Shown: positions 23,493 through 37,395, counted from the whole stretch's first letter. The stretch: 63,860 nucleotides of DNA, filler included, from Lenisia limosa (GCA_001655205.1; 16 parts of 16 records of this genome joined end to end with filler, not necessarily neighbours in it), one strand, 5' to 3'. A program made the numbers and translations. The notes: generated from the sequence alone by a model not told the origin.

Positions 23493-26400
23493 GATGGATG
23501 TGGAGTGTGCGGATCGCTTCTCTGAGTGGTTTGCTGTTCATCTCAGCAGCTTCAAGTTCAAGTGTGAATATTATTTTTTTTTTTAATAAAAACTCCAGAA
23601 TTTATTCTCTTGCACTCGAATAATTCGTCCCTTTTCACTTCGCAGATGGGAGTGGGAATCTTGGAAGTCTTGTATTGAGTCGAGTCAAGATATCCGCAGG
23701 AAGTTGGAGGGGGGGGGGGTAGAAACGCTACATACGGCTTCTGTCATATAATTCAACCTTTTTATTTATTGTTTTTTTATTCTCATTGCTCTTTATACAT
23801 ACATATTCGGCAACTAATTAAGTTCACAATTAACTGGGGCCTGGTTTTGCTTCGTTTCTTACGAAACCTGGCATATTGGCCCAAGGCTTACCATATTAGG
23901 CAGTTTATCTCTTTCCTTGACTTACCATATTAGGCAGTTCATTACCCTCATTGACTTACCAGATTAGGAAGTCATCACTCTCATTGACTTACCATATTAG
24001 GCAGTTCATCACCGACACCTTGAGCAGATGCGTGCGTTTATCGTTCTATGACCGAATCCAAGCAGTGGTTGATGAGTTCGTGCGTCCACTACTCCCTGTA
24101 TGTTGGAAGGTAGCAATATCGATTGTTTTTATCGAAATTATCATTTCCCGATAGTTATAAGCGTAGTGGTGTGGACGGCTTCATCCATATACAACCGTTT
24201 TCCCATATAGTGGCCATAGTGTTGTGATTGTGTAGACTTTTTGAGAACAAGAATGTACATTGTAATTATGGACACCCATATCAAAATTGAGTGTACGTTA
24301 TATTATTGCTTGTTTCAGCGTTGGTTGCTCGTTTTGTTATTCTTTTTTTTTGTTTTTTGTTTGTTTGTTTGTTTGGAGTTTTATTATTCTGTTCGTGATG
24401 AGTACCTTTACGTCAAATTTCCTTCGTTGAGATGCGGTGGTGNNNNNNNNNNNNNNNNNNNNNNNNNNNNNNNNNNNNNNNNNNNNNNNNNNNNNNNNNN
24501 NNNNNNNNNNNNNNNNNNNNNNNNNNNNNNNNNNNNNNNNNNNNNNNNNNNNNNNNNNNNNNNNNNNNNNNNNNNNNNNNNNNNNNNNNNNNNNNNNNNN
24601 NNNNNNNNNNNNNNNNNNNNNNNNNNNNNNNNNNNNNNNNNNNNNNNNNNNNNNAGGGCGAAGCAGTCGACAGCGGATTGTTCAGAGACGTGTTGGGCGA
24701 AATCAAGGCCAAGTCCCCTGCTGAGGTCATGATCAAGTTCCTTCGTGGGGGGGTGGTGTGTGTATGGGTGGATGTGTGTGTTGTATGTATGTGAATTGTG
24801 CATTATAGTATCTGAGGTTACATAATTATGCAAAATTGATTTGTTTCAGTTTCATCAGCGATTTCACCTGTCCCCCCACCCCCCCCCCCTTCCCTGAACT
24901 GTCCAATTTTCATCCCCNNNNNNNNNNNNNNNNNNNNNNNNNNNNNNNNNNNNNNNNNNNNNNNNNNNNNNNNNNNNNNNNNNNNNNNNNNNNNNNNNNN
25001 NNNNNNNNNNNNNNNNNNNNNNNNNNNNNNNNNNNNNNNNNNNNNNNNNNNNNNNNNNNNNNNNNNNNNNNNNNNNNNNNNNNNNNNNNNNNNNNNNNNN
25101 NNNNNNNNNNNNNNNNNNNNNNNNNNNNNNNNNNNNNNNNNNNNNNNNNNNNNNNNNNNNNNNNNNNNNNNNNNNNNNNNNNNNNNNNNNNNNNNNNNNN
25201 NNNNNNNNNTTTTTATATATATATACTTCGCCATCGCCCCTCTTTGTTTATTTTTTAATTTTAGATGCCAGTATTTTGCATCGAAATACTGTCCTTTTTA
25301 CCCCCAATAGGTCTCTCATTCAAACTTCATGACTCTTTTGGAACGCTACTCTGCAGTTTTCAAGGAGCTGGTGAAGGTTGGCGGAGGGATTGGGAATTGA
25401 TGGGGTGGGGGGAACGGAATCTTTATTTTCAGAGTTGATTTCGGCTTTTTTTGTTTCATAAACTTTCCAATTTCACCCCCCCCCCNNNNNNNNNNNNNNN
25501 NNNNNNNNNNNNNNNNNNNNNNNNNNNNNNNNNNNNNNNNNNNNNNNNNNNNNNNNNNNNNNNNNNNNNNNNNNNNNNNNNNNNNNNNNNNNNNNNNNNN
25601 NNNNNNNNNNNNNNNNNNNNNNNNNNNNNNNNNNNNNNNNNNNNNNNNNNNNNNNNNNNNNNNGGAGGACTAACCAGACAACGGTCGTTCTCATTGTTGA
25701 CAAGTGGGTCTGGGAAACAATACCCTCCATTTGCACACACCCGTAAGGCTTCACTTCGTTTCGGGAAACTATCGATAGTTTTCGAGGATTTATTGAGAAT
25801 TTCGATCCGAAGTGAAGCCCTACACATAGTCGTCCATCCTACCCCCTCATTATTCTATGCTCTCACCNNNNNNNNNNNNNNNNNNNNNNNNNNNNNNNNN
25901 NNNNNNNNNNNNNNNNNNNNNNNNNNNNNNNNNNNNNNNNNNNNNNNNNNNNNNNNNNNNNNNNNNNNNNNNNNNNNNNNNNNNNNNNNNNNNNNNNNNN
26001 NNNNNNNNNNNNNNNNNNNNNNNNNNNNNNNNNNNNNNNNNNNNNNNNNNNNNNNNNNNNNNNNNNNNNNNNNNNNNNNCCAGGGTCTCAAAATAACGCA
26101 GCCCTATTATCCTCTCATCCTTTAAATCTAAATACCAACAATTGCAGATAAAACAAAACCCCTTTAATTGAAAACAATCTGGACTTATAATACTGAAAAC
26201 TGCATCTGGGGCCGCAAACTTTCGCTCATCCTTACTCTTTTAATAGATAACAGTCTGGACTGTAAACCCCTTATGGTTTTGACTGAAAAGCCCTGATTAT
26301 TATCTAGACCTTACTCTTTAGACTGATCGAAAATGATATTTTGGACACAATGGCTTGGATCCAGTTCATGTTCAGTGAAACTATGTGGGAAGAGGGCCCC

Positions 26401-28386
26401 CGGGGTGCAATGGATTATGTTTTCGTGTCAATAGTTATGTGTGTGGGGGGTGATTTCAGTTCCCCCCTTTCCCTTAGTCCTATCACAATCCTGTTTACTT
26501 GGGAAACCAAGCTCCATTGCAAATCGATCAAGACTTATCTTTGTCATTATATGTACTACTATTTAGAATATGCAGGATAAGCAAATGATGCATTACTTAC
26601 TCCCTTCGTCCCTTCGTCCCTTAATTTATCCCTTAATTTATCCCTTAATTTATGCAATTGTATATAAGCCATTGTAGAAGTAGACAAGTTGTTACTCTCC
26701 CCCCTCCCTTAATACAACACTCCTGCACCCATTAATATATCATACATATCATATACTCCTGCACCCATTATATCATACATATCATATACTCCTGTACCCA
26801 TTATATCATACATATCATATACTCCTGCACCCATTATATCATACATATCTTATACTCCTGCACCCCCCTTTATGCAAAAGTAGTGTGTACACATTCGTAT
26901 CATATGCTAAAGCTAATATATATTATCTATGCTATATAGAAAGAAATACTAAGTAGTAACCTCCCACCCCCAGGTTGCCGGAGTTGTCTAGTAGCTGGGT
27001 GTGGAATCTGCTGACACTCCTGCTCGATAGCCACTTTGAGAAAATCACTTTGTTGAAGGTGGGAGAGGTGATATTTATGAAGGTGTGTGTTAGGGTGATC
27101 ATTACCATCATCATCCTCATTATAGTCAACATCATCATCATTAATATTACTATCGTCAACTATCAGCAATACCATTATCATCTTCTTCATCAGTAACATT
27201 ACTACCATTATCATCTTCTTCATCAGTAACATGACCATCATTATCATCTTCTTCATCTGTAACATTACTATCATCACCGTCACTCACATTTTAGTCCTCA
27301 ATTGAACATAAGAACTTAGAGATTGCTCACGCCAACCAGCAAGGGTCCGAACAGAAGGGTATTTGGGCTTCTTTTTTTTTGAGATATTAGGTTTCATTTG
27401 AGTACCTTTTTTTTTAGGTTTTACCCCGTCTATCTACCCCTCCGCTGCTCCTGTTAACAGAGTTTTTTTGTTTGTTCCATAGTTTTTTTTTTTCATTTTA
27501 TCCTTATCCTGCCCGCAGCTGCCAATCTGAAGAGTGAAATGGAGACGATGGAAAAGACCCTGGCAGGCTCCACGAGACACTCCAAAGAAATCTTGCTCAT
27601 GCTGCTCCAGGTGGGTGGAAAAACGACAATGATGGTAGAAATGTTGAAAATGCTGAGAGAATTATTTAATTTTGATAGAAGTGTTATTGCTGGGATATGT
27701 TTATATAAACGTTCCTATCAAAATGATACGTCATTTCAGTGACACTTGTATGTATGACATGATGTGATATCCATACTTCAAAGAAATCCTGCTGTACTGA
27801 TGGGTGATGGAATCCTGCTGTACTGATAGGTGATTAAAATATTTGATGTTAAGAGAAAGGGTAGCAGGGAAATAGTGATAGTTGTATTAATGAATACATT
27901 ATCATCTCACTCCGTCCGGGAGGATTTCTTGGGGTTTTTTTTCAATTTGTTTGTTTTGTTGTTATTAACTAACCCTCGTGTGTTGTCAGCCAATAGAGTT
28001 AATTTTGCTTTATTTTTGTTTTATTAAGTTTCCCATTTTACCCCCCNNNNNNNNNNNNNNNNNNNNNNNNNNNNNNNNNNNNNNNNNNNNNNNNNNNNNN
28101 NNNNNNNNNNNNNNNNNNNNNNNNNNNNNNNNNNNNNNNNNNNNNNNNNNNNNNNNNNNNNGAATCCTCAATTGATGCTGAGCTATGGTACCATATTGTC
28201 CACGGATGGTGGGTGTTTGGGTTGAGAGTGATACTGTTACTCCCCGAAAATCGGTAACCAGCAATCATCTCATTGCAGTTGATATTGGGCTCTTTTTTTT
28301 TTGTTTCGTAAATTTTCCAATTTTACCCCCCCACCAGGCTCTTGGGGCTCGGCCGACGCTACCATAGGGAAATCCAGCCCTTCATC
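23493..28386 (+). CDS. NCBP1: Nuclear cap-binding protein subunit 1 (CBP80), C-terminal half, multi-exon
   Basis: Exons translate to MDVECADRFSEWFAVHLSSFKFKWEWESW, QFITDTLSRCVRLSFYDRI, VSHSNFMTLLERYSAVFKEL, WRTNQTTVVLIVDK, SWVWNLL and KEILLMLLQ. These are collinear with CBP80 motifs ([30 protein letters not shown]). Confidence 0.88.
25744..25822. mobile_element. MITE family A, internally deleted copy in an NCBP1 intron
   Basis: aggcttcacttcgtttcg...cgatccgaagtgaagcccta. Confidence 0.8.
26710..26862. repeat. ~33-bp minisatellite, about 4 copies (actcctgcacccattatatcatacatatcatat)
   Basis: Direct tandem copies visible in an NCBP1 intron. Confidence 0.85.
27120..27285. repeat. CAT-rich degenerate tandem repeat
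   Basis: catcttcttcatcagtaacattactaccattat about x3. Explains the spurious Met-rich ORFs. Confidence 0.8.
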
Positions 28387-28609
28387 NNNNNNNNNNNNNN
28401 NNNNNNNNNNNNNNNNNNNNNNNNNNNNNNTTAATTAATTAANNNNNNNNNNNNNNNNNNNNNNNNNNNNNNNNNNNNNNNNNNNNTCTAATATTGGTAA
28501 CTTTACATTTTAGATGAATCTTTGTTGGAATTGAAAATTTTATTTCCAAGCCATTCTGCGTCTCATTGCGAGTTCTGAAGTCTTTGTGTTCACTATTACA
28601 CTTTTATAG

Positions 28610-29184
28610 AAGGAGGAGCCAAGCCAAACTGAAGAATGTGAAAAACCTGAAGAGCCATCCAATGATGAACCGAAAAGCTACCCAATCAACACGCACCTGA
28701 GCGAGTCGGCCTCCAACGACAGCCCCGCATCCTTCACAAACCAGGAAGAGTTTGTCCAACAGCGGCGCAATACAATGGAGGTCGTACCGGAGGCGGAGGA
28801 GGTTTGCTCGACTAATTTTCATCCCATACATATCCTCCATGTGTTTTCATTCTCAGCAAGACCGACTTTATATTTCAGATAGTGTCCACAGAGGAGCCAA
28901 AAAGCCAAGATCAAGATGATCAAGACGGCTCCACGTGGCACCCGGTGGCAGCCTTAACCTCCGAACCGATTGACCTCGGAGGTCATGAAGACAGCCAGCC
29001 GGATTCATCTTCAGGTTAGGGGTGAGAACTATGGGGAACAACAACAATCTTACGTAATACTGTAGCATCTTCAACAGGATTACCACTGAGTTTTTCTGGG
29101 GTGAACAAGATGCTCGACGTGTGGCTGGCCAACGCAGTTGCGTCACCATCTTGGCACAATTCAACCCTCAAAAATGATTCATAA
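28610..29184 (+). CDS. Hypothetical acidic low-complexity protein, last three exons
   Basis: ag|KEEPSQTEECEKPEEP...VPEAEE|gt, ag|IVSTEEPKSQDQDD...|gt and ag|ASSTGLPL...KNDS-stop join in consistent phases. Confidence 0.6.
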
Positions 29185-29427
29185 GTTAGTCCTCTATTTT
29201 CATCTGTGATAAGCCTAAAATATTACACTACTTCAAATGCTCCAAGGTTCTCTTTTAGTACAAATAATCAATTCAGGTGTTTCTGTAATTTAGTAATTTT
29301 TGTGTAAAAGTGTATACTAGTAGTGACTATTATTTCTGATAGATTGCGTTTTCATATTTGAAACGGAATAAATGTTAGATTTAAATTTAGAATAAATAAG
29401 AGAATGACAGTACCATACAATAGAATA

Positions 29428-31113
29428 TTAGCGCGATGACCATGGTGCCACCACAGAAGTCTTTTTAAGCTTCCTACATAGTAAGATGATTGTTGCTGAC
29501 AGATTTTGTATCAAACGGTGAATAGGGGGAGTATTTACTAACTTTGAAGAATCCACACCAGATTTTCCGCCTACCTCACTTTTGGCCCTCAATGGGGCTA
29601 GCGTAACCAACAGCCTTCATTATCACTGACTTGTCTGGGCGGGTCTGAAAGGAGTTACCAGTGCTAGGCCGATCATCTCAACAATGGTGCCACAAGTAGG
29701 GAAGACTATGAAAATTTGTAACTCATTGAGCATAGGCTATCCTCACAGAAGTATCATTACAATTAACATGCTCGGTCTTATTGGGTAATGTAATAAGAAA
29801 TACGCCTACAAGAGATGCCCAGACTTTAAAGCCTTTCTCAGTCTTTTCGGGACTCACAAATCCTCCCTAAGACATTAGAATTATACAAAAAGATAACAGG
29901 TGAAAATCCCTCGACAGCAATCATGACCTATCCAACCTTAAGGGTGACTGCGACCATTGNNNNNNNNNNNNNNNNNNNNNNNNNNNNNNNNNNNNNNNNN
30001 NNNNNNNNNNNNNNNNNNNNNNNNNNNNNNNNNNNNNNNNNNNNNNNNNNNNNNNNNNNNNNNNNNNNNNNNNNNNNNNNNACGGATACTGACTACTCCG
30101 CCATTAGACAAGATCAGAACTAATTGAATATTTGAACAGGGGGTATAGTAGCAATATAATTACATGATATGATACATATTATACTACATAAATATGATAC
30201 TACATGATATACAATATGATATATATACTACAATATGTGTCCTCGTGTACTGTATCAGATGATATACATATATCACATGATAAATGTAATAATGTGGTAT
30301 GAATATTATTGCTACCACATATAAAATAGCCCACATCTAATTTGAGTCCATCAGAGCTGAGGTTATTGAAGAGGAAGTTCTGGATAATACTGGAAAGCTG
30401 GGGACCGGACAGAACAATACCAGAGTGACTAAGGGGTGAAACACATCAAGACTGAACAGAATTTCTCCAACCACCACATACCCCATGCTTCGGGCGTATT
30501 CGAAGTCCCAATGGATTCTATTGAGGTTGTGTCCAAACGACGTATAGGCCACAGAGTCTAAAACGTTCACATCCGTCATGTCCATCCACTCCATCGGCCC
30601 GTGGTCGTCGTTATCAAAGGCCTTCGAGGTTGGCGNNNNNNNNNNNNNNNNNNNNNNNNNNNNNNNNNNNNNNNNNNNNNNNNNNNNNNNNNNNNNNNNN
30701 NNNNNNNNNNNNNNNNNNNNNNNNNNNNNNNNNNNNNNNNNAAGAGACCGAGTGTAAATAAATACGCTGTTTGTGATCTTACCATGAGTTCGGAGGGAAG
30801 GGTGCACTCGAAATCCTCAACTGTATCAGGACGGTCCTTGATAGAGGGAATTTTGAATACGTCTTTGGGGTCAGCTCCTTGGGAAATCTGAAGAGTAAAA
30901 TAATTTCAGCAAGAATAGGAGTTTGTTAAACAGGGTCCTTCTCATACCGCAGTTTCTCCGGCAGTCAGTGGCTTTTTGGTGGCCGAATATGAGAATGAAT
31001 CCTAAACAATGAATAAAACACCCAAATGTCACCAGATACCCCCCCCCCCATACTTGCGAAGTAGCCACAACGTCCCCAAGTTGGTTGGAGACAAGCCGGC
31101 CGATAGAGACAAT
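29428..31113 (-). CDS. Multi-exon hypothetical protein (partial)
   Basis: Exons include IVSIGRLVSNQLGDVVATSQ, ISQGADPKDVFKIPSIKDRPDTVEDFECTLPSELM and HGPMEWMDMTDVNVLDSVAYTSFGHNLNRIHWDFEYARSMG. Confidence 0.5.
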
Positions 31114-33629
31114 CAAACGTTCCCTTCTGTCTGAAATGGATTATGATATGATATATTCCTCATAGTGCTGCACCCCAGACATGTAACAATAAAAAACGTG
31201 ACGTAAAAGACCACCTACGATTTCGTGCCTCAAAGTTTTCAGTGAACGCATGACTAACAAACTATAACAGGTTACCAAGTGATTTGGGCAACAAAGGCAC
31301 GCGATCAGACCTTGAGGGTTTTAACTGCTTCACCAACACGAACGGTAGCATTGTGATTGAAAACACTGAATTGGTGAGAAAAGAAAAATTCAAAATAAAA
31401 TACATAAGAAATTTGGAGTAATTGACAACACTGCATAGTGGAAGGTCCAACCTGTCAATGCCGGTCCATTGTCGAGAGGNNNNNNNNNNNNNNNNNNNNN
31501 NNNNNNNNNNNNNNNNNNNNNNNNNNNNNNNNNNNNNNNNNNNNNNNNNNNNNNNNNNNNNNNNNNNNNNNNNNNGTTGACAAGAACACACTACTTCGTG
31601 AGATTTGTCCTGATTATCCAACAAGCAAAGACCAGTCGTATCCAACCTGTCCCGAAGAAGGCAGCGTTGATGGCATGAGTGGCCCAGGGTCAAGAGATGT
31701 CAGTATGGCGTGTCGTGCGGCATCACCAACTTTCGGCAGACCTGTGGAGTAAATGTGATGAGTCATGCTAAAGTTATATGGGAGTGGGAAAGAAGATGGT
31801 GTGGACGTCTTCATCATATTCTTTAATTATTCTAGTTTCAAGCCATTCCGACATTTCTGCGTGAGTCATGTTATGGATGGTTCCGATAATCAAGCGGCAC
31901 ATGCTCATATCACCAATCACTCAAGTATCGGAGTAAAACAAACTGCCACATTTGAAAGTAATACTAACTATTCTCTCGGTTAATACTCTTGATACAATAT
32001 AAATATGCGGCTTAGTTACCATCTTACCATCTTCACCCTTGCAGACGTCCCACCAGCTTCCTGCTGTATTTTCATCTAGAATGTTCCATCCTACATCATC
32101 TGTTCGGTTAGGAAAACAAACTCCTCCCAAGAAGAATGGATAAGAATGCCATCTATTTAGCTTACAAAGTTTTGATTTGTTCTTGGTAACCCAGCTGAGC
32201 CAGGCAGATGCTGGTGGGAGATGGGCTTTGGGAAGGGTGGCAATTGAGCGACAGATGGAAGGCTTCAAAACATGCTGCAGCACCGTTTTACTGATTAAAC
32301 TGCTTACAGCCATTGATTTAGAGGTAACCGAAGGGGGGAGGGGGAGGCAAGAGGTGATCACAGAAATAACTCAGCACCTTACGCTTTTTAATCTGCTCCC
32401 AATCTGTATATATCAATGTTTCTTTGCTTAAAATCTGTGTGAAAGAGAATTTTTCGTTTTTTTGAACTGTTTTCAAACACATTCATTTTTCCGCTGCCGT
32501 ACTTTGCATAAATGGCAAAGCCAGAGCAGACAATATTTATTTCAGTTACATCAGTAGAAAACTGTCAGAGAACTAGAGATGTGTATTTCAGGCAGAAAGA
32601 AAGGCGGACAGATGGTTTTTATGACAGATATATCGCACTCAATAAGGGATGTTCCATAAATGGTAAGTTTGCTCTTATATCGATATCTTTCACTGGGAAA
32701 AATCAACACTACAAACGTTTGACAATTACAAGCGTTTGTACCTAAATATGAGTGGTAAATATAAAGAATTGGACACTCTTTGGAAGAAGGACCTCTCCCA
32801 GGTTTGGATGTTGGTTGACCCTCTGCCCTTATAACGTAAGAGTAACCGCCCTTTCTTTACTGATTACTGTTGAGATTAAATTATACTTGAATCAATACCT
32901 TTCTTCAGAATGTATATCACACCGTCCATATATCTGTGAATTTTCCTCTATCTGTGATTTTTTTTTTTATATATACGAAAATTTTTGCTAAAAAATATGG
33001 CATATAACTAAGAGAATTGTCGTAACAGTCTTGTTGCTAACAAAAATGACAATAACTTTTATTTGTTGATGACAACATTTTTATTTTGNNNNNNNNNNNN
33101 NNNNNNNNNNNNNNNNNNNNNNNNNNNNNNNNTTAATTAATTAANNNNNNNNNNNNNNNNNNNNNNNNNNNNNNNNNNNNNNNNNNNNTTTTTGAAAAAA
33201 TATCACATTTCCAAAAAATATCACATTTCTGGACTCTACAGATATGTACACACACATATATAATACCTATATCATACATATATAATATATCGATATATAC
33301 ATTTAGCAATACGTAAATAAAATAAAATAAGGTTGCTTCTGGCGAAGCCATCCACATCATCACGCTTAAAGGGTATTGAAAGATGCTGAATAATATTAAC
33401 TCTCCCTATCATTTGCCTCAAAATATTGATAACTGTCTTAGAGAAGAAATTAGAAGTTAATCAAGGGATATCGCAGAAAGTATATCTAATTTCTTGTTCA
33501 TAAAAAAAGAAGCGACAGCGAATACATCGGTCCACGTTATTACCCATAATTGATTCATAGGTTCGTAAAAAAGGTGCGTTATCACCCAAATCGCTTTTTG
33601 CACAAAAATGAACCATTTTTTATTCGAAA

Positions 33630-34075
33630 TATTTATCGAAGACTTAGCTAGCGATTCAATCTTTCTTCGGACCACAGCCCCAACCAACATTTTGCAGCTG
33701 CTGCTCCTGTCGATGCTTGAGAGCGTTTTCGGTCTTGCCCATTTGTGCCTTCTAGATGGTCAAGAGATACATATGTCGAAAAAAACTGAATTTCCCAATA
33801 AATCCTCGATAATTATCGATATTTTCCCTAACCGAAGAGAAGCCGTAGGGAGGAGTGGGTAATATGGGTCTGGTATTGGTAAAATGGGTCTCAAGATACA
33901 TTCTAGATGCTCTGTTGAATACCTCACCCCTCCACTGGTTTGACCTTCTTATCTTTTATTTCCCTGAATACCCCTCTCCCCCATACGACTTGCTGCTCGG
34001 CTTGCATCCGGATCTGGATGATCGGGTTTGGAGGAGCGGTTGGGACGGGCAAGTTCTGCTGCAACGCTTCGTTGA
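33630..34075 (-). CDS. Hypothetical protein fragments
   Basis: ag|VNEALQQNLPVPTAPPNPIIQIRMQAEQQV|gt plus a second exon-like segment at ~33690-33750. Confidence 0.35.
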
Positions 34076-34109
34076 CCTTCCGGGGTAAAAAAAAATAAAT
34101 ATTTTTTTT

Positions 34110-34883
34110 ACCGCGAACATGATTAAAACCGCGAACAAGCCAAAAATCGACAATAACACCCTTTTTAGTGGCAGTTTTGTGTACTAGACTATCAATAACA
34201 CCAAAACAAAGAAATTATAAGCAAAAAGAAGAAAAAAAAGAGGAGATAGCAAAATCGAAAAAAAAAGATCTTTTGATCAGAATCGACTCGGCCGGGGTCA
34301 CCCAGTTTCCTTTACGCGAAAATATTTTTTGAAACCCCCCTCTTTCANNNNNNNNNNNNNNNNNNNNNNNNNNNNNNNNNNNNNNNNNNNNNNNNNNNNN
34401 NNNNNNNNNNNNNNNNNNNNNNNNNNNNNNNNNNNNNNNNNNNNNNNNNNNNNNNNNNNNNNNNNNNNNNNNNNNNNNNNNNNNNNNNNNNNNNNNNNNN
34501 NNNNNNNNNNNNNNNNNNNNNNNNNNNNNNNNNNNNNNNNNNNNNNNNNNNCATTCTCTGCTTAAATGCCTCTAGGTTACTCAAGAGTGAAAAAAAATCA
34601 AATCTGATGGTGCAAGAACGTCTTCACTTTACCGCAGGGAGAATTCTAGGCCCATAATCAGTGTTTTTGATGTATTTCGCATGAATAATTGAAGTACTAT
34701 GAAGGTGGTATTTTGCATGTATGTTGATACCCCTGCCTATTCTTCTGAATAAAACCCTGTATAAAGGAATGTTTTGGGCGTAATTTTCAAAAAATGCGAA
34801 AGAGGCGTAAATAAGGAGTGTATTGACTCAAAAATTGAAAGAAAAGCCTCCTTTTTGTTCGCGGTTTTAATCATGTTCGCGGT
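34110..34883. repeat. 27-bp perfect inverted repeat pair bounding ~770 bp (possible non-autonomous element)
   Basis: accgcgaacatgattaaaaccgcgaac at 34110-34136 and its exact reverse complement at 34857-34883. Interior partly N. Confidence 0.7.
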
Positions 34884-35067
34884 TTTAACTATATATATCA
34901 TATATGTATATATGCTGCTGCACCAAAACCGTGTCATTAATTCAGAAACCGTGTCATTAATTATTTNNNNNNNNNNNNNNNNNNNNNNNNNNNNNNNNNN
35001 NNNNNNNNNNTTAATTAATTAANNNNNNNNNNNNNNNNNNNNNNNNNNNNNNNNNNNNNNNNNNNNC

Positions 35068-35626
35068 TCGCCAAGACCTGCATCATCATTCCTCGTGCGC
35101 CTCCCCATGTCCTCCGTTGCCTTAGCCGAGGTAAGCCATAGAATACCTTCATTGAATCGATTATTATGGACTGTGTAATAAAGAATGGGGGAGGGAGGGG
35201 TTATGTCATATAATTTTCCATTTAAACACTGGGATGTGGTGCTGCAGAAGCGACTGGTCTGGGCTTTGTTTTGCTGTTCTCAACCCTCATATATTGTCAG
35301 CCAACAGGGTTGATTTGGGACATTTTTTTGTTTTTTCCATTTTTATCCCCCCCCCCCCAGACTATCCTCCTGAGCCTTTGTCGGAAGTCAGAAGAATTGC
35401 GAACTGGGCTGAAGACGNNNNNNNNNNNNNNNNNNNNNNNNNNNNNNNNNNNNNNNNNNNNNNNNNNNNNNNNNNNNNNNNNNNNNNNNNNNNNNNNNNN
35501 NNNNNNNNNNNNNNNNNNNNNNNNNNNNNNNNNNNNNNNNNNNNNNNNNNNNNNNNNNNNNNNNNNNNNNNNNNNNNNNNNNNNNNNGACTCTCCGTCAA
35601 TGGAATGGCCAGTTAATGTTACCTAG
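35068..35626 (+). CDS. Hypothetical protein, 3' exons
   Basis: LAKTCIIIPRAPPHVLRCLSR|gt, then ag|DYPPEPLSEVRRIANWAED in consistent phase, then ...SPSMEWPVNVT-stop after a gap. Confidence 0.45.
35232..35360 (+). repeat. Intron-terminal repeat family I, most complete 3' half
   Basis: ggatgtggtgctgcagaagcgactggtctgggctttgttttgctgttctcaaccctc...tcagccaacagggttgatttggg...cccccccag directly before an exon. Confidence 0.88.
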
Positions 35627-36663
35627 GGTGGGCTGTTAGGACTTCGTGCTTTTTTTGTTGAGCAAAATTTGACATATATCTTCATAATGCAAAATTACTT
35701 TAATTGCAAACATTATCCTCCGATCTTCAACTTGATTTTGTTTATTTGCCTAATTCTCCAGGAATCTGTTTTGTCTGTTTTGAGACCTTTCTTACTTGTA
35801 AGAAGGGGGGGGGGTCGGCTGCCTCAATGAAGCTGTAGAACAAGACTGTTAGATGTTGGGTTGGTTCAAAAAAAGACTGAATTTCTCGATAAATCCTCGA
35901 AAACTAAAGATATTTTCCCGAGTTTTTTTGAACCATAGTAGATGTATTAATTCACTCAAAGGAAATGCAAATATACAAATAATTGTATAATCTCAATACA
36001 CAACAAACCTCATGTTGTTCTCACCATCTAGGGCGGGTAGCTGTGTGGCCCTCTTCTTTATTTATTTGATGTTTCGTCGTTTGTATTCAGCTTTTCTTGA
36101 TCATATCACTTTGGGTCATTTTCAAGTGTACGAATTATGATGTTCCTGATATGGATGATGATAACCATCCATCCATGTGATATGTTACATTGTGGCGGCA
36201 TCAACGGTGGTGCTATTTGGGTATCCTCTTGAGTTTGGATTGGGGGGAGAGGTGCTATGTTATCAATATTTCGACGAAATGAGAATAAAGTGTCGTTTAT
36301 GAGGTTTACCGACCTGCTACGACACAATCCCCCAATCCCAACCAATCCCCAAGAAATTGGGAGAAAAAGAAAAGAGAAATCACTGCCATGAATGATGCGC
36401 ATGCAAAGAGTTAAGAGTTTTCCAAATCTCCCCTTGTTCCATGTAACTAATTTAACTAATGTAAGAAGCAACTTTTAAAATGAGGATTGTGTAAACAGTT
36501 AAACAGTTCAGATTGAGTTCAGAGGTTCTCAAACCGTTAGTAAACAAGTTTGAACGAGGCCAAAAGGAACATAATTGTTTAAACGTTTCGCATTTTTCCA
36601 GGAATCCTCTAAAAACCTCCCTGGTTCTCTCCGTTCTCGTTTCTCATCCCTTTTCCTTTAAAC

Positions 36664-37395
36664 ATGGTAGAAATGGACGAAGCACGCAAAGCTGAACTTC
36701 AAAAGTGTACGCTGTTCTCGTGATTTTTATCCTTTTTAGCTCTTGAAATTGAACAGCAGAAGGCACAGTTTCAAACAATGGTTCACAAGGTAAGACCAGA
36801 AATGGGTTTCTAACAGCACGACAATCTCATTGACTACTTTATCTCAGATCATTAAATTAGATCTTGGGAGAATATGTTGTGTTTACCCTTGGTTGATGGT
36901 TGGAACCAATTTTTCGGGAGTTTTTTTTTAGGTTCTAGCTACCTTGCAGGTTGCAGTTAACACTTTAGTTTCATGAAGTCTGCTGGGAGAAGTGCATGTC
37001 AAAGCCAGGTTCAAAGCTCTCTACAAGTGAAACCCAATGTTTCCAGAACTGTGTTTCGAGGTGAGCTTGAACGTTTTTTTTTTGGCCTGCCATTGTTTCA
37101 TCAGTGTTGCTTCCTTCTCTTACCCTGTCAGATTCATGGACGTTTCACAGTATGTTGTAAACCGAATTGAGTCCAAGAAGAACCGTCAATAAGCGTGGAG
37201 GTGGACTGGATATGTAAAATATTGCTTCTTTTTTTTTTTGATGTATCTTGGTAGTACCTTTTTTTGTTGTTGCTTGGGTTTCCTTCCAAGGTTGTGTGAA
37301 AAGAAGTGCAGTATTTTTTGGAACTCAAAGGGATTCGAATCTTTCTCGAGTTATGTAATAGGATGAACATTGATGGAGCTAACAAAAAGATGTGA
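36664..37395 (+). CDS. TIM8: Small Tim chaperone, Tim8-like
   Basis: Spliced [65 protein letters not shown] has the twin CX3C motif and the Tim8-type EQQKAQF. Start codon and last exon are uncertain. Confidence 0.85.

Noticed and set aside
28604-29164. Minus-strand membrane-protein ORFs from the track
   Set aside because: They are antisense shadows of a plus-strand acidic gene with consistent splice phases.
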